From a virus (lineage: Duplodnaviria; Heunggongvirae; Uroviricota; Caudoviricetes), in IMG/VR virus record IMGVR_UViG_2879742664_000009: a DNA stretch of 40,938 nucleotides; one strand, given 5' to 3'. Numbering within the stretch: position 1 is the stretch's first letter; the number at the start of each line of letters is the position of its first letter. A model generated the notes under the pieces. It was not told the origin of the DNA, did no database searches, and saw only the letters and a program-made list of their open reading frames with translations. The translations under genes were made by a program, and so were the position numbers. Of the stretch, positions 1 to 12,210 are shown in pieces.

Positions 1-789
1 TCATGCCTGCACCTCCTGCGTCAATTGCCAGAGCGCATCAAGGAAATGTGGAACAAAACTGCCTGGCCCCTCGCTTCTGGCGACTGCGCGTTCTCCGGCT
101 TGTTTCATCCAGTGACAGGCAGATGCGACATTTTCCAGCGTATCGCCTGGTAACGCACAGCAGGCAGCGACAACCGCCGATAATGCACAGCCAGTTCCTA
201 CCACTTTGGTCATTAACGGATCGCCACCGTGAATACCAATGATACGATGTCCATCGGTAACATAATCCATCTCGCCAGTGACCACGACGATTGCGCCAGT
301 TTCCCGTGCCAGTGTTTGTGCAGCGGGTATCGCGTTAGCTGCGGCGTCAGTGGTATCCACTCCCCGTCCACCATTAGCAATGCCAGCTAATGCCATGATT
401 TCCGAAGCATTACCACGTATAGCGGTTGGCTTATGAGGCAGAAGTTCCAGACAAAAACGGCGGCGATAATCGAGTGCACCAACCGCTACTGGATCAAGCG
501 TCCAGGGTGTTTGAGAGCTTTTTGCTTGCTCAACGGCGGCACACATCGACTGTGCGCGTAGCTGCGTCAGCGTGCCAACGTTAATCAGCAACGCACTAGC
601 AATAGCCGCAAACTGACTGGCCTCTTCGGTTTCGATAACCATCGCTGGCGATGCACCGAGCGCCAGCAAGGTATTGGCAGTAAAGGTTTGCACCACATCG
701 TTGGTCATGCAGTGCACAAGAGGGGAATGTTGGTGAAAAAGGTGTAACGCGTGCGCAGATTGCGCTGAACTCTGCAGGTCGACTTGCAT
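1..789 (-). CDS. thiM: hydroxyethylthiazole kinase ThiM (complete; stop at window edge)
   Basis: 262-aa ORF matching E. coli ThiM end to end by recall (MQVDL...QLTQEVQA). Stop TGA at 1-3 overlaps an ATG that would start thiD off-window. Confidence 0.93.
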   Translation of the reverse strand: MQVDLQSSAQSAHALHLFHQHSPLVHCMTNDVVQTFTANTLLALGASPAMVIETEEASQFAAIASALLINVGTLTQLRAQSMCAAVEQAKSSQTPWTLDPVAVGALDYRRRFCLELLPHKPTAIRGNASEIMALAGIANGGRGVDTTDAAANAIPAAQTLARETGAIVVVTGEMDYVTDGHRIIGIHGGDPLMTKVVGTGCALSAVVAACCALPGDTLENVASACHWMKQAGERAVARSEGPGSFVPHFLDALWQLTQEVQA

Positions 790-794
790 AGTTT

Positions 795-925
795 GCTCCT
801 GCCATAACGTGAAGAAGCAATGACCTGGTGGTCCGTGACTTCCCTACGCTGGCATTATCCAGATCAGGTAATACGGGTATTTCTCAGCCTTCACAAAGAA
901 GGGCACCCCGAGTCATTTAAAACAA
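795..925 (-). ncRNA. TPP (THI-box) riboswitch in thiM leader
   Basis: Reverse complement reads GACTCGGGGTGCCCTTCTTTGTGAAGGCTGAGAAATACCCGTATTACCTGATCTGGATAATGCCAGCGTAGGGAAGTCACGGACCACCAGGTCATTGCTTCTTCACGTTATGGCAGGAGCAAACTATG, the classic thiM aptamer plus expression platform ending at the start codon. Confidence 0.85.
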
Positions 926-1063
926 AATCAAAAGATTGCGATTAACGTCCCGTTAATCCCTGTTCTGGATCATGCCAGCGGAAAGCCAAAGACTCAACCC
1001 TAAAAAATCCTCTGTGTCCCAGTTTGTGTCTCACGTTGTGGCCCACAGATAAATGGCAGGCAC

Positions 1064-1086
1064 AAAAAAACCGCCCATAAGGCGGC
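1064..1086 (-). terminator. putative Rho-independent terminator (minus strand)
   Basis: Minus strand reads GCCGCC-TTATG-GGCGG followed by a T7 run. Confidence 0.45.
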
Positions 1087-2364
1087 TTAAGTAAATTATT
1101 CAGTCGTGAAGATTTAAATGAAATCTATTTTCTGCATACGCTTTCTTCATGCAGTCGAAGTGCTTTTGCCAATTCCAATTGGAATGCAAAGGAAAGACGG
1201 GAACGGCTGATCTTGATACCGTCAATAATGATGTATGTAGGGTAAACAGTGACCATGCGGCCCAAGTATTGGAAGTGTTTAGGGTGGTTTACTTTATCGT
1301 TATTCATTGTGTGCCATCCGTCTGGGTGGGGGTAATCCCGGCAACGGATGATTGATCTAAAATCGATCAAAATCAATAACTTAACAGATCACCAAATCCA
1401 GGGGGGTGTACATTGGCGAGCCTCCCTCAGCCTAACCTATACACGACCATAAAATAGGGGCGGATTCCTTCCAGTTGGGTGGGAAAATATCTGGGAGTTT
1501 GGATACAGTAGCCAGGCAGGGTAACCAGACCCATAGATGAGAATGTTTATTATTCCCAAATATCCAGGCGAGGGGCCTGCTGTGGCTCTCTTTACGCGCC
1601 GCTGTGGCGTCTTCTCTCCTCTTTCTATACAATCCCATAGCTAACCCATTGCGAGGCTTACAGAGCGTTACAGAGCGTCCGTGTGAATATTGCATAAATG
1701 AAAGTGGTGAAAGGTCCGATTTGGTCAACTTTTAGACAACTATTTAACATATGCGCAACAGGTTAGACCTGTACCCTTTCAATAGGTCCGCCTCCTGGGC
1801 GCTGTGTACGCCCCATAACTGTGGCTCTTCTGTACCCATCCGGGAGCCATTCCACAGAGTAAACTGTAAAACTGATCTGCCTGTGAGTAACGCCCTTTTC
1901 CTGTGGATAACTTCCACGCACTAACCCCATAAACTCCCCTTTTGAGGCGTCCGCCTCTTCAGGCCCTTTCTTGTGGCAAAAACACAAAAAGGGTTTAGGG
2001 CGGTGGCTACCGCCCCTGTAGATGGGAATGAGTCGCACTCGAAAGAGGGATTGAGAACCAATTCTCAAGTGATAATCGATCTCATTTGTGTTCGAAGTTT
2101 TCCCCAGAAAAATAATTTTGGGGTTAAGCATGTAAAATGCTACACACTTGCACTTTGTAATGATAATTAATTGACCATAAAAACAAATAGTTAGAAGCGC
2201 TGGGGGAGTCCCACTAGTTACACAATTGATTGCTTTTTGAGCTAAAACTGATTCTTTTACCGGGTATACAATCCATTTGATCGCCCTTTACCACATATTT
2301 AAACGGATTTAAAGCCATTTATTTAGGGGGTTAGCAAAGTGTTGATTCCATGGTTACAGATAAC

Positions 2365-2396
2365 AAAAAAGCCCGCCGGGGGTTAGCCGGGGGCCT
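2365..2396 (-). terminator. putative Rho-independent terminator downstream of tape-measure remnant
   Basis: GC-rich imperfect hairpin (GCCCCCGGC...CCGGCGGGC) followed by T6 on the minus strand. Confidence 0.35.
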
Positions 2397-2500
2397 GTGG
2401 TTGGGGGTGTCAAACGTGGTTAGTTCGGCCCGCCCTGCATTAGCATGTTGAAAGCCTGCTGATTATTGCTCTCAACTTCAGAGCGTACCAGATCCTTAAC

Positions 2501-4019
2501 CTATCCATCCTGCACTTTCACATTAACGTTCACGTTTAGCGGCTGGTTTAGCCACGCTGGCGGCGTCATCAGTGGATTACCTGCCATATCAACTTTAAGC
2601 TGTGGCGCTGTAATCGTCGGCGTAGGAGGTACATAAGTTGGATTGGAGTAAGAGCTTACCCACCCTGTTTTATCTGCTGGTTTGGCAAAGTCTGGATTAG
2701 TCGGAAGGTCTGGACTATGGAGGAAATCCCACAGTTTACCCAGCGGGCTATCTTTTTTCAGATTGCCCCCGGCGGTGGTGTCCTGTCCATACATGGCGTC
2801 GTTAGCGTCATGACCTTATCCCAGGCATAATCCCCACCTACCGAACCGACCGCAATGCTCCAGCCAACAGGACCGCCAGAGAGAGCCGCCGCGCCGCCTA
2901 CCTTGCCAACTTTCGGACCCCGACCCGGTTTGTTTGGCTTGTCTTTACCTTCCCCACCAGATCCGCCAGTAGTAGCGGCTTCAATGCCACCAATAGCGGC
3001 GATCCCTTTCATGACCCCCAGTAATTTGGTTAGTGGGTTAAGCATGGTCAACAACCATTTAAAGGCTACGCCCAACTTCCAGATAGACCCGGCGAACATA
3101 GCCACCCCGGCGGCGTATGCTGCCATTTCGCCCCAGGCTTTAAGCTGCTCACCAGTGATCCCCATCTTGCTGGCGTAATACTCAATAATGCGGAAGGTCA
3201 GGATCACAGTGTCATGCAACTCTGTAAACGCATCTGTGGCACCCTCAACGATTTTCCCGGCAATATGCCCGAACATCTCAAAGGCCCCACCAGAGCCGTT
3301 AACAGCGGCGCTGATAGCGTCGAAAGCGCTGGTTAATTCGTTGCCGAAGCCAGAAGCAAAGAAGATGTTCATCGCGTTCTGCATACTGGTTTGCAGGCGC
3401 TGCCAGCTTGCCCGGTTGGACTTCATAGCCTTATCCAGAGCGCCGCCGTTACGAGCTGCGGCTTTCATCTGTTTAGCCACTTCCGGGAGGATGTCCTTAG
3501 AGAACAGCTTCCCTTGTTGCATCAGGTCAAACAGATCCTTTTCTGTAAGGTTGGTTGTCCCTTTCATCTGGTTGAGAGCCTTAACGAACAGACCCACAGC
3601 CCCCGGGAGAGCTTCGGACAACTGGCCTTTGAGTTCTTCACTCATTACCGTTCCTTTAGACATCATCTGATTCAAACTTTTCAAAGCGCGGCTGGCTTCA
3701 TCGGCTGAAGCACCTGTAACAAGGCCCCATTCACTGGCACCCTCAAAGATGGATCGCATCTGGTCTTTAGGGAGCTTGTCACCAACAGCGGCGGCAAACT
3801 GAGTGTAATCACGGGAAGTCTTGAGGAGATCCAGCCCCAAACGGTTGGATTGATCACGGAGATAATCAAACTCTTTAGCGGCCTTATCTGTGGAACCGGT
3901 GATCGCTGTCAGACCAGAAAGCGCGGATTCAAAATCCTGTCCGGTGGTCATGATCTTGCCGCTCAGCGCCACAGTTGCGGCAATGGTGATCGCCCCGCCT
4001 GCACCCTCGATCATGGAGG
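2501..4019 (-). pseudogene. phage tail tape measure protein, C-terminal remnant (5' truncated by IS629, internal frameshift)
   Basis: ORFs 2758-4014 and 2501-2794 are two frames of one gene, with the frame change near 2812-2822. Tape-measure-type motif (KGTVMSEELKGQLSEALPGAVGLF) and Gly-rich C-terminus. The 5' end abuts the IS629 end at 4020. Confidence 0.7.
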
Positions 4020-4061
4020 TGAACCGCCCCGGGTTTCCTGGAGAGTGTTTTATCTGTGAAC

Positions 4062-4952
4062 TCAGGCTGCCAGATCATCGTTTCCGATGGAAGCATAATA
4101 AGCTTTTTCTGCTTCTGCCGGAGGGATGTGGCCCAGCCTTTCCAGCAATCGTCGATTATTATACCAGTCCACCCACGTGAGTGTGGCCAGTTCCACTTCT
4201 GCACGGTTTTTCCAGCTCTTACGGTGTATTACCTCCGCTTTGTAAAGACCATTGATGCTCTCCGCCATCGCGTTGTCATACGAGTCGCCTGTACTTCCTG
4301 TTGATGCCAGTAATCCGGCTTCCTTAAGCCGCTGTGTGTAGGCCAGCGATACATACTGAGAACCTTTATCACTGTGATGGACCGTGCCGGACGGTCGACG
4401 GGCCCATAACGCCTGCTCCAGTGCATCCAGCACGAATGTCGTCTCCATGGACGATGAGACCCGCCACCCCACAATGTATCCGGCAAACACATCAATGATG
4501 AACGCCACATAGACGAAGCCCTGCCATGTGCTGACGTAAGTAAAATCAGCTACCCACAGCTGGTCAGGTCGTTCTGCCACGAACTGACGGTTTACGCGGT
4601 CGCCTGCGGCAACGGCTTTCCGGCTGATGGTCGTACGGACCTTTTTACCCCGGAGAACACCGGCAAGTCCCATAACCGCCATGAGACGTGCCACAGTGCA
4701 TCTGGCCACTCTGATACCTTCCCGTAACAACTGACGCCAGACTTTACGCACACCGTATACCTGATGATTCCCATCGTATACGCGCAGTATCTCTTTCTTC
4801 AGCCAGTCATCGCGCTGCGCACGGGCACTGCGTTTATCCGGATGATGTCGCTGTTGCTGACAGTGGTAATACGTTGACGGGGCAATATGCAGTTCGCTGC
4901 ATAGCGGTCCGACCCCGTACTGCTCACGCAGCTTATCCAGCAGTGGCATCAT
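4062..4952 (-). CDS. IS629 transposase OrfB
   Basis: 296 aa, MMPLLDKL..., DDE transposase of IS3 family by recall. Confidence 0.9.
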   Translation of the reverse strand: MMPLLDKLREQYGVGPLCSELHIAPSTYYHCQQQRHHPDKRSARAQRDDWLKKEILRVYDGNHQVYGVRKVWRQLLREGIRVARCTVARLMAVMGLAGVLRGKKVRTTISRKAVAAGDRVNRQFVAERPDQLWVADFTYVSTWQGFVYVAFIIDVFAGYIVGWRVSSSMETTFVLDALEQALWARRPSGTVHHSDKGSQYVSLAYTQRLKEAGLLASTGSTGDSYDNAMAESINGLYKAEVIHRKSWKNRAEVELATLTWVDWYNNRRLLERLGHIPPAEAEKAYYASIGNDDLAA

Positions 4953-5275
4953 TTTTTCCAGAGGCGGTCGAACTCCGCCTTCGCAAAATAAGCGGAAGCC
5001 TGGCGAAGGATATCGTTACTGCGGCGCAGTTCACGATTTTCACGCTCCAGCTCTTTCAGACGCTGACGTTCAGCGGTGGTGAGCCCGCCATCACCGCCCC
5101 CGGTATCCCGCTCATGCTGGCGAACCCAGACACGCAGAGTCTCCGGCGTACAGCCAATCTTTGGAGCAATGGAACAAATTGTCGCCCATTGTGAGTCATA
5201 TTCGCCCTGACTTTCCAGAACCATACGGACTGCCCGTTGACGGACTTCGGGGGAAAAACGAGTATTTTTAGTCAT
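4949..5275 (-). CDS. IS629 transposase OrfA
   Basis: 108 aa, [15 protein letters not shown]..., HTH OrfA of IS629. Confidence 0.9.
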   Translation of the reverse strand: MTKNTRFSPEVRQRAVRMVLESQGEYDSQWATICSIAPKIGCTPETLRVWVRQHERDTGGGDGGLTTAERQRLKELERENRELRRSNDILRQASAYFAKAEFDRLWKK

Positions 5276-5488
5276 CCTGTTTACCTCTTTCTCAGGAAGT
5301 TTAGTCTCCAGGATTCCCGGGGCGGTTCATTGCCTGTATGATCAATCGACTTTGTAGAGTTTCGGACGAAGGTCCGCAGAATATTCGCAGTATTAAATAA
5401 GTGTTCATTAATGCGGCAAAAACTAATACACCGCATCAATGTAACATCTCTGCGGTGTATGAAGAATAACCAGAATGGTTAATAGGCG

Positions 5489-6598
5489 TTAGACCGCGCG
5501 GAAGGAAATCTCGCCTGGAATGACTTCACCCTGCCAGTAGAGCTGAGCTGCAACGCGGTCAGCCAGCTGGCGGTAGATAGCGGTAAATTCGCTCTCCGGA
5601 CGGCTGATAACCGTTGGCGTGCCTTTATCGAGATCCTCACGTAAGGAGATGTGTAACGGCATCTGCCCCAGCAGCTGTGTGTGGTATTTTTCAGCCAGTT
5701 TCTCTGCACCACCGGTACCGAAAATCGGTTCATGGTGACCACAGTTACTGCAAATATGCACACTCATGTTCTCGACAATACCAAGCACCGGAACCTCGAC
5801 TTTCTCGAACATCACAATGCCTTTTTTCGCATCGATCAACGCGATGTCCTGCGGGGTGGTGACCACGACTGCACCAGTTACTGGAATGTTTTGCGCCAGC
5901 GTCAATTGAATGTCACCGGTGCCTGGCGGCATATCAAGCACCAGATAGTCGAGATCCGGCCACAAGGTTTCCTGCAACATCTGCATTAACGCCTTGCTCG
6001 CCATCGGTCCACGCCACACCATCGCATTGTCGTCAGTGACCAGATAACCAATTGAATTGGTTGCCAGGCAATGAGACATAATCGGTGCCATATGGGTACC
6101 GTCCGGCGAAGTTGGACGCTGATTTTCTGCGCCCAGCATGGTGGGAATTGATGGGCCGTAGATATCGGCGTCCAGAATGCCGACTTTCGCCCCTTCCGCC
6201 GCCAGTGCCAGCGCCAGGTTTACCGCCGTGGAGGATTTACCCACGCCGCCTTTACCGGAACTGACCGCAATGATGTTCTTCACACCATTAATACCCGGCT
6301 GATTCTTCACGCGTTTTAAGGTGGCGATATTGTGCGACAGTTTCCAGTCGATAGCTTTCGCCCCGGTGATACGCAGCAGTTCGGCGCTACATTGCTCTTT
6401 TAACTCTTCAAACGCGCTATGCCAGACGAATGGCATAACCAGTTCCACATGCAACGTGTCGTCCATCCAGGCGACATGGTGCAACGCTTTCAGCGTGGTG
6501 AGGTTATGCTTCAGGGTTGGGTGCTGAAAATTGGCCAGTGTCCCGGCGACCATTGCGCGCAAGGCTTCTGGTGATTTGGCCTGGGATTGTTCGTTCAT
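5489..6598 (-). CDS. apbC: iron-sulfur cluster carrier ATPase ApbC/Mrp
   Basis: Matches E. coli Mrp by recall from MNEQSQAKSPEALRAM; P-loop GKGGVGKS. The track ORF begins 10 codons upstream; start set at the MNEQ Met. Confidence 0.9.
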   Translation of the reverse strand: MNEQSQAKSPEALRAMVAGTLANFQHPTLKHNLTTLKALHHVAWMDDTLHVELVMPFVWHSAFEELKEQCSAELLRITGAKAIDWKLSHNIATLKRVKNQPGINGVKNIIAVSSGKGGVGKSSTAVNLALALAAEGAKVGILDADIYGPSIPTMLGAENQRPTSPDGTHMAPIMSHCLATNSIGYLVTDDNAMVWRGPMASKALMQMLQETLWPDLDYLVLDMPPGTGDIQLTLAQNIPVTGAVVVTTPQDIALIDAKKGIVMFEKVEVPVLGIVENMSVHICSNCGHHEPIFGTGGAEKLAEKYHTQLLGQMPLHISLREDLDKGTPTVISRPESEFTAIYRQLADRVAAQLYWQGEVIPGEISFRAV

Positions 6599-6729
6599 CC
6601 CGACTCCTTTTTTGTATAGATAAACCATCAGCTGATAGTTTACCTGAAGAATATAGAGAAGTACTTACTTAACATTTTCCCATTTGGTACTATCTAACCC
6701 CTTTTCACTATTAAGAAGTAATGCCTACT

Positions 6730-8763
6730 ATGACTCAAGTCGCGAAGAAAATTCTGGTGACGTGCGCACTGCCGTACGCTAACGGCTCAATCCACCTCGG
6801 CCATATGCTGGAGCACATCCAGGCTGATGTCTGGGTCCGTTACCAGCGAATGCGCGGCCACGAGGTCAACTTCATCTGCGCCGACGATGCCCACGGTACA
6901 CCGATCATGCTGAAAGCTCAGCAGCTTGGTATCACCCCGGAGCAGATGATTGGCGAAATGAGTCAGGAGCATCAGACTGATTTCGCAGGCTTTAACATCA
7001 GCTATGACAACTATCACTCGACACACAGCGAAGAGAACCGCCAGTTGTCAGAACTTATCTACTCTCGCCTGAAAGAAAACGGTTTTATTAAAAACCGCAC
7101 CATCTCTCAGCTGTACGATCCGGAAAAAGGCATGTTCCTGCCGGACCGTTTTGTGAAAGGCACCTGCCCGAAATGTAAATCCCCGGATCAATACGGCGAT
7201 AACTGCGAAGTCTGCGGCGCGACCTACAGCCCGACTGAACTGATCGAGCCGAAATCGGTGGTTTCTGGCGCTACCCCGGTAATGCGTGATTCTGAACACT
7301 TCTTCTTTGATCTGCCCTCTTTCAGCGAAATGTTGCAGGCATGGACCCGCAGCGGTGCGTTGCAGGAGCAGGTGGCAAACAAAATGCAGGAGTGGTTTGA
7401 ATCTGGCCTGCAACAGTGGGATATCTCCCGCGACGCACCTTACTTCGGTTTTGAAATTCCGAACGCGCCGGGCAAATATTTCTACGTCTGGCTGGACGCA
7501 CCGATTGGCTACATGGGTTCTTTCAAGAATCTGTGCGACAAGCGCGGCGACAGCGTAAGCTTCGATGAATACTGGAAGAAAGACTCCACCGCCGAGCTGT
7601 ACCACTTCATCGGTAAAGATATCGTTTACTTCCACAGCCTGTTCTGGCCTGCCATGCTGGAAGGCAGCAACTTCCGCAAGCCGACCAACCTGTTTGTTCA
7701 TGGCTATGTGACGGTGAACGGCGCGAAGATGTCCAAGTCTCGCGGCACCTTTATTAAAGCCAGCACCTGGCTGAATCATTTTGACGCAGACAGCCTGCGT
7801 TACTACTACACTGCGAAACTCTCTTCGCGCATCGATGATATCGATCTCAACCTGGAAGATTTCGTTCAGCGTGTGAATGCCGATATCGTTAACAAAGTGG
7901 TTAACCTGGCCTCCCGTAATGCGGGCTTTATCAACAAGCGTTTTGACGGCGTGCTGGCAAGCGAACTGGCTGACCCGCAGTTGTACAAAACCTTCACTGA
8001 TGCCGCTGAAGTGATTGGTGAAGCGTGGGAAAGCCGTGAATTTGGTAAAGCCGTGCGCGAAATCATGGCGCTGGCTGATCTGGCTAACCGCTATGTCGAT
8101 GAACAGGCTCCGTGGGTGGTGGCGAAACAGGAAAGCCGCGATGCCGACCTGCAGGCAATTTGCTCAATGGGCATCAACCTGTTCCGCGTGCTGATGACTT
8201 ACCTGAAGCCGGTACTGCCGAAACTGACCGAGCGTGCAGAAGCATTCCTCAATACGGAACTGACCTGGGATGGTATCCAGCAACCGCTGCTGGGCCACAA
8301 AGTGAATCCGTTCAAGGCGCTGTATAACCGCATCGATATGAGGCAGGTTGAAGCACTGGTGGAAGCCTCTAAAGAAGAAGTAAAAGCCGCTGCCGCGCCG
8401 GTAACTGGCCCGCTGGCAGATGATCCGATTCAGGAAACCATCACCTTTGACGACTTCGCTAAAGTTGACCTGCGCGTGGCGCTGATTGAAAACGCAGAGT
8501 TTGTTGAAGGTTCTGACAAACTGCTGCGCCTGACGCTGGATCTCGGCGGTGAAAAACGCAATGTCTTCTCCGGTATTCGTTCTGCTTACCCGGATCCGCA
8601 GGCACTGATTGGTCGTCACACCATTATGGTGGCTAACCTAGCACCACGTAAAATGCGCTTCGGTATCTCTGAAGGCATGGTGATGGCTGCCGGTCCTGGC
8701 GGGAAAGATATTTTCCTGCTAAGCCCGGATGCCGGTGCTAAACCGGGTCATCAGGTGAAATAA
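6730..8763 (+). CDS. metG: methionine--tRNA ligase
   Basis: 677 aa from [35 protein letters not shown]-type and KMSKS motifs present; divergent from apbC as in E. coli. Confidence 0.95.
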
Positions 8764-8773
8764 TCCCCCTTCA

Positions 8774-8803
8774 AGGCGCTGCATCGACAGCGCCTTTTCT
8801 TTA
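8774..8803 (+). terminator. Rho-independent terminator after metG
   Basis: AAGGCGCTG-CATCGA-CAGCGCCTT hairpin followed by a T-rich run. Confidence 0.6.
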
Positions 8804-8903
8804 TAAATTCCTAAAGTTGTTTTCTTGCGATTTTGTCTCTCTCTAACCCGCATAAATACTGGTAGCATCTGCATTCAACTGGATAAAATTACAGGGATGC
8901 AGA

Positions 8904-9115
8904 ATGAGACACTTTATCTATCAGGACGAAAAATCACATAAATTCTGGGCAGTTGAGCAACAGGGAAACGAGTTGCATATCAGTTGGGGAAAAGTTGGCA
9001 CCAAAGGGCAAAGCCAGATAAAAAGTTTTTCAGATGCTGCGGCAGCGGCAAAAGCGGAGCTTAAGCTGATTGCGGAGAAGGTGAAGAAGGGGTATGTGGA
9101 GCAAGCGAAGGATAA
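8904..9115 (+). pseudogene. molR: molR fragment 1 (WGR-domain N-terminus), truncated by IS600
   Basis: MRHFIYQDEKSHKFWAVEQQGNELHISWGKVG is a WGR-type N-terminus as in E. coli molR/yehH downstream of metG. Reading frame runs into the IS600 end. Confidence 0.7.
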
Positions 9116-9158
9116 TGAGGTGTACTGGCAATAGCGGACACTACCATTTGTTCTTTTT

Positions 9159-9977
9159 TTAAGCAGCCATCTGATGATATTTTTCCCTGAAGGCTGCCGG
9201 GGAGATATTCCCCAGACGAGAGTGACGACGCTGACGATTGTAGAAAATCTCAATGTATTCCCGTATTACTGAGATGGCTTCATCCCGGTTATTAAAACGA
9301 TAGTGGCTCAGGCTCTCATTTTTCAGCGTTCCCCAGAAGCTTTCCATCGGAGCGTTGTCGTAACAGTGACCTTTACGCGACATTGATGTTTTCAGACCAG
9401 ACTGCTCCTGTATGACCCGGTAATCGTATGCGCAGTACTGTGAACCTCGATCAGAGTGGTGGATTAGCCCGGCAGGTGGGCGCTGGCTCCTGAGCGCCAT
9501 AAACAGGGCTTTACCTGTCAGCTCTTTTGTCATGCGCTCTCCCATGGCGTAGCCGACAATTTCGCACGTATAAACATCTTTGATGCCAGCGAGGTACAAC
9601 CATCCCTCCTGTGTGGCAACATACGTCAGGTCCGCCACCCAGACCTGATTTGGTGCTGTAGGAGCGAACGTCTGGTTCAGCAGATTTGGCGCAACTGGCA
9701 GATTGTGGTTCGGGTTCGTAGTCGCTCTGAACTTGCGTTTCTGCTTACAGCGTAGCCTTAGCTCCTTACGAAGACGTGCCAGTCGGTCACGACCAACGAT
9801 GATGCCATTCTCTGCCAGCTCCGTCTGGAGCCGCCGGGTTCCATATGTTTCGCGAGTGCGGATATGTGCCACCTTAATCTCCAGTTTTAGCCGCTCATCA
9901 CTTTGTTTTCTGTCTGAGGGTTCATGCTGTACCCAGTTGTAATAACCGCTCCTGGATACACCAAATACCTGACACAT
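9159..9977 (-). CDS. IS600 transposase OrfB
   Basis: 272 aa, MCQVFGVSRSGYYNWVQHEPSDRKQ... Confidence 0.9.
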   Translation of the reverse strand: MCQVFGVSRSGYYNWVQHEPSDRKQSDERLKLEIKVAHIRTRETYGTRRLQTELAENGIIVGRDRLARLRKELRLRCKQKRKFRATTNPNHNLPVAPNLLNQTFAPTAPNQVWVADLTYVATQEGWLYLAGIKDVYTCEIVGYAMGERMTKELTGKALFMALRSQRPPAGLIHHSDRGSQYCAYDYRVIQEQSGLKTSMSRKGHCYDNAPMESFWGTLKNESLSHYRFNNRDEAISVIREYIEIFYNRQRRHSRLGNISPAAFREKYHQMAA

Positions 9978-10012
9978 CGCTTCAATGGGAAATTGTTGTC
10001 GCCATTGTTCGA

Positions 10013-10315
10013 TTAACGCGTATTTTTCAGCGACTCCTGTGCAAAATACGCTGTTGCTTTTTTTAATATATCTCGCTCAAGGCGAGCTTCATTTAACGCC
10101 TTACGCAGTTGCAGAATTTCAGATTCCAGTTCAGCCACCGTGCGGGAACCAGGAGTACCGAGCCCTTTTCTGGCGGCGGTAACCCATTGTCCTAAAGTGC
10201 CTTCAGGAAGGGATAATCGGGAAGCGCCTTCACTGATCGAAAGTTGATTTTCAAGAACCGTTCTGACAGCTTCGGCTTTGAACTCTTTAGAGTAACGTTG
10301 GTTTTTTCTGCTCAT
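10013..10315 (-). CDS. IS600 transposase OrfA
   Basis: 100 aa, MSRKNQRYSKEFKAEAVRTV... Confidence 0.9.
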   Translation of the reverse strand: MSRKNQRYSKEFKAEAVRTVLENQLSISEGASRLSLPEGTLGQWVTAARKGLGTPGSRTVAELESEILQLRKALNEARLERDILKKATAYFAQESLKNTR

Positions 10316-10379
10316 TATTAGCTCCTTCTGATGCCATTCTATTTCAGGAAGGAGTGTCCGTTAAACTCAGGCTACCTCA

Positions 10380-10961
10380 ATGTGTTGCGTCATATCAATC
10401 ATCCGTTCGCATTGACACTGCTTATACGTGTAGCCGGGCAAACTAAACGCTGTCACGATCGGATGACGAAAGCCATTGCTGCGTTCCCACATGCAGCAAT
10501 GGCGGCACTGACGGAACTTCTTGGGCAAAAAGAAGAGAACAGTTGGCGCATTATGCTAATGACAATGCTTATCTCACAACCAGCACTGGCAGAACAGGTC
10601 CTTCCCTGGCTCTCGACACCCGCAGTTGCCGTACTGAAATCATACCAGCAACAACTGACACAGCCCTCAAACCATGCCTGCGCCGATCTACTGCCTGCCG
10701 TATTAGTCTCACCGCCCTGGCTTTCGAAAAAGAAAAAATCTGTAATGCCGGTATTGGATTTAACGCCATTACCGTTGGAGTCATGCTGTACATTGACTGA
10801 GACGGCAGAAAAAGAGATTCATACAAGGCATCGCTGGCACGCACATCAAATAGACATCGGCCAAAAAGAGGATATTCAGAACTACCTGGCACGTCTGGGT
10901 TTCAATCGCTGGAATAATGGCCAGTATATGAAAGCGTCTGATGCTGTTGTAGAACTCTGGC
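10380..10961 (+). pseudogene. molR: molR fragment 2
   Basis: Open frame continues after IS600 (NVLRHINHPFALTLL...), then shifts frame and ends at IS911. Confidence 0.55.
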
Positions 10962-10969
10962 TGAAGTGG

Positions 10970-12138
<1,169 letters not shown>

Positions 12139-12210
12139 TGGAGCACCTGTGTTGTTCTGAGGTGAGCATATCACCTCTGTTCAGGTGGCCAAATTCAGTG
12201 TGCCACTTCA

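Larger units (their letters stand above)
4020..5329 (-). mobile_element. IS629 (IS3 family), copy 1, sequence variant
   Basis: 1310 bp bounded by TGAACCGCCCCGGG...CCCGGGGCGGTTCA. orfA/orfB differ at several residues from copies 2-5. Flanks are unrelated and show no TSD. Confidence 0.9.
9116..10379 (-). mobile_element. IS600 (IS3 family)
   Basis: 1264 bp with imperfect terminal IRs (TGAGGTGTACTGG... / ...GCTACCTCA) enclosing IS600-type orfA and orfB. Confidence 0.85.

Noticed and set aside
1125-2170. Five short overlapping ORFs (60-122 aa) in the thiM-proximal gap
   Set aside because: Low-complexity, mutually overlapping on both strands, no start-site context or recognisable motifs; treated as non-coding or decayed.
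3188-3708. Plus-strand ORFs (160 and 105 aa) inside the tape-measure remnant
   Set aside because: Antisense to a clear tape-measure frame, with no motifs; typical spurious ORFs in GC-rich coding DNA.
5416-5458. Hairpin downstream of apbC as a terminator
   Set aside because: The stem (ACACCGCA/TGCGGTGT) has a 15-nt loop and only a weak T-run; too uncertain to list as a feature.
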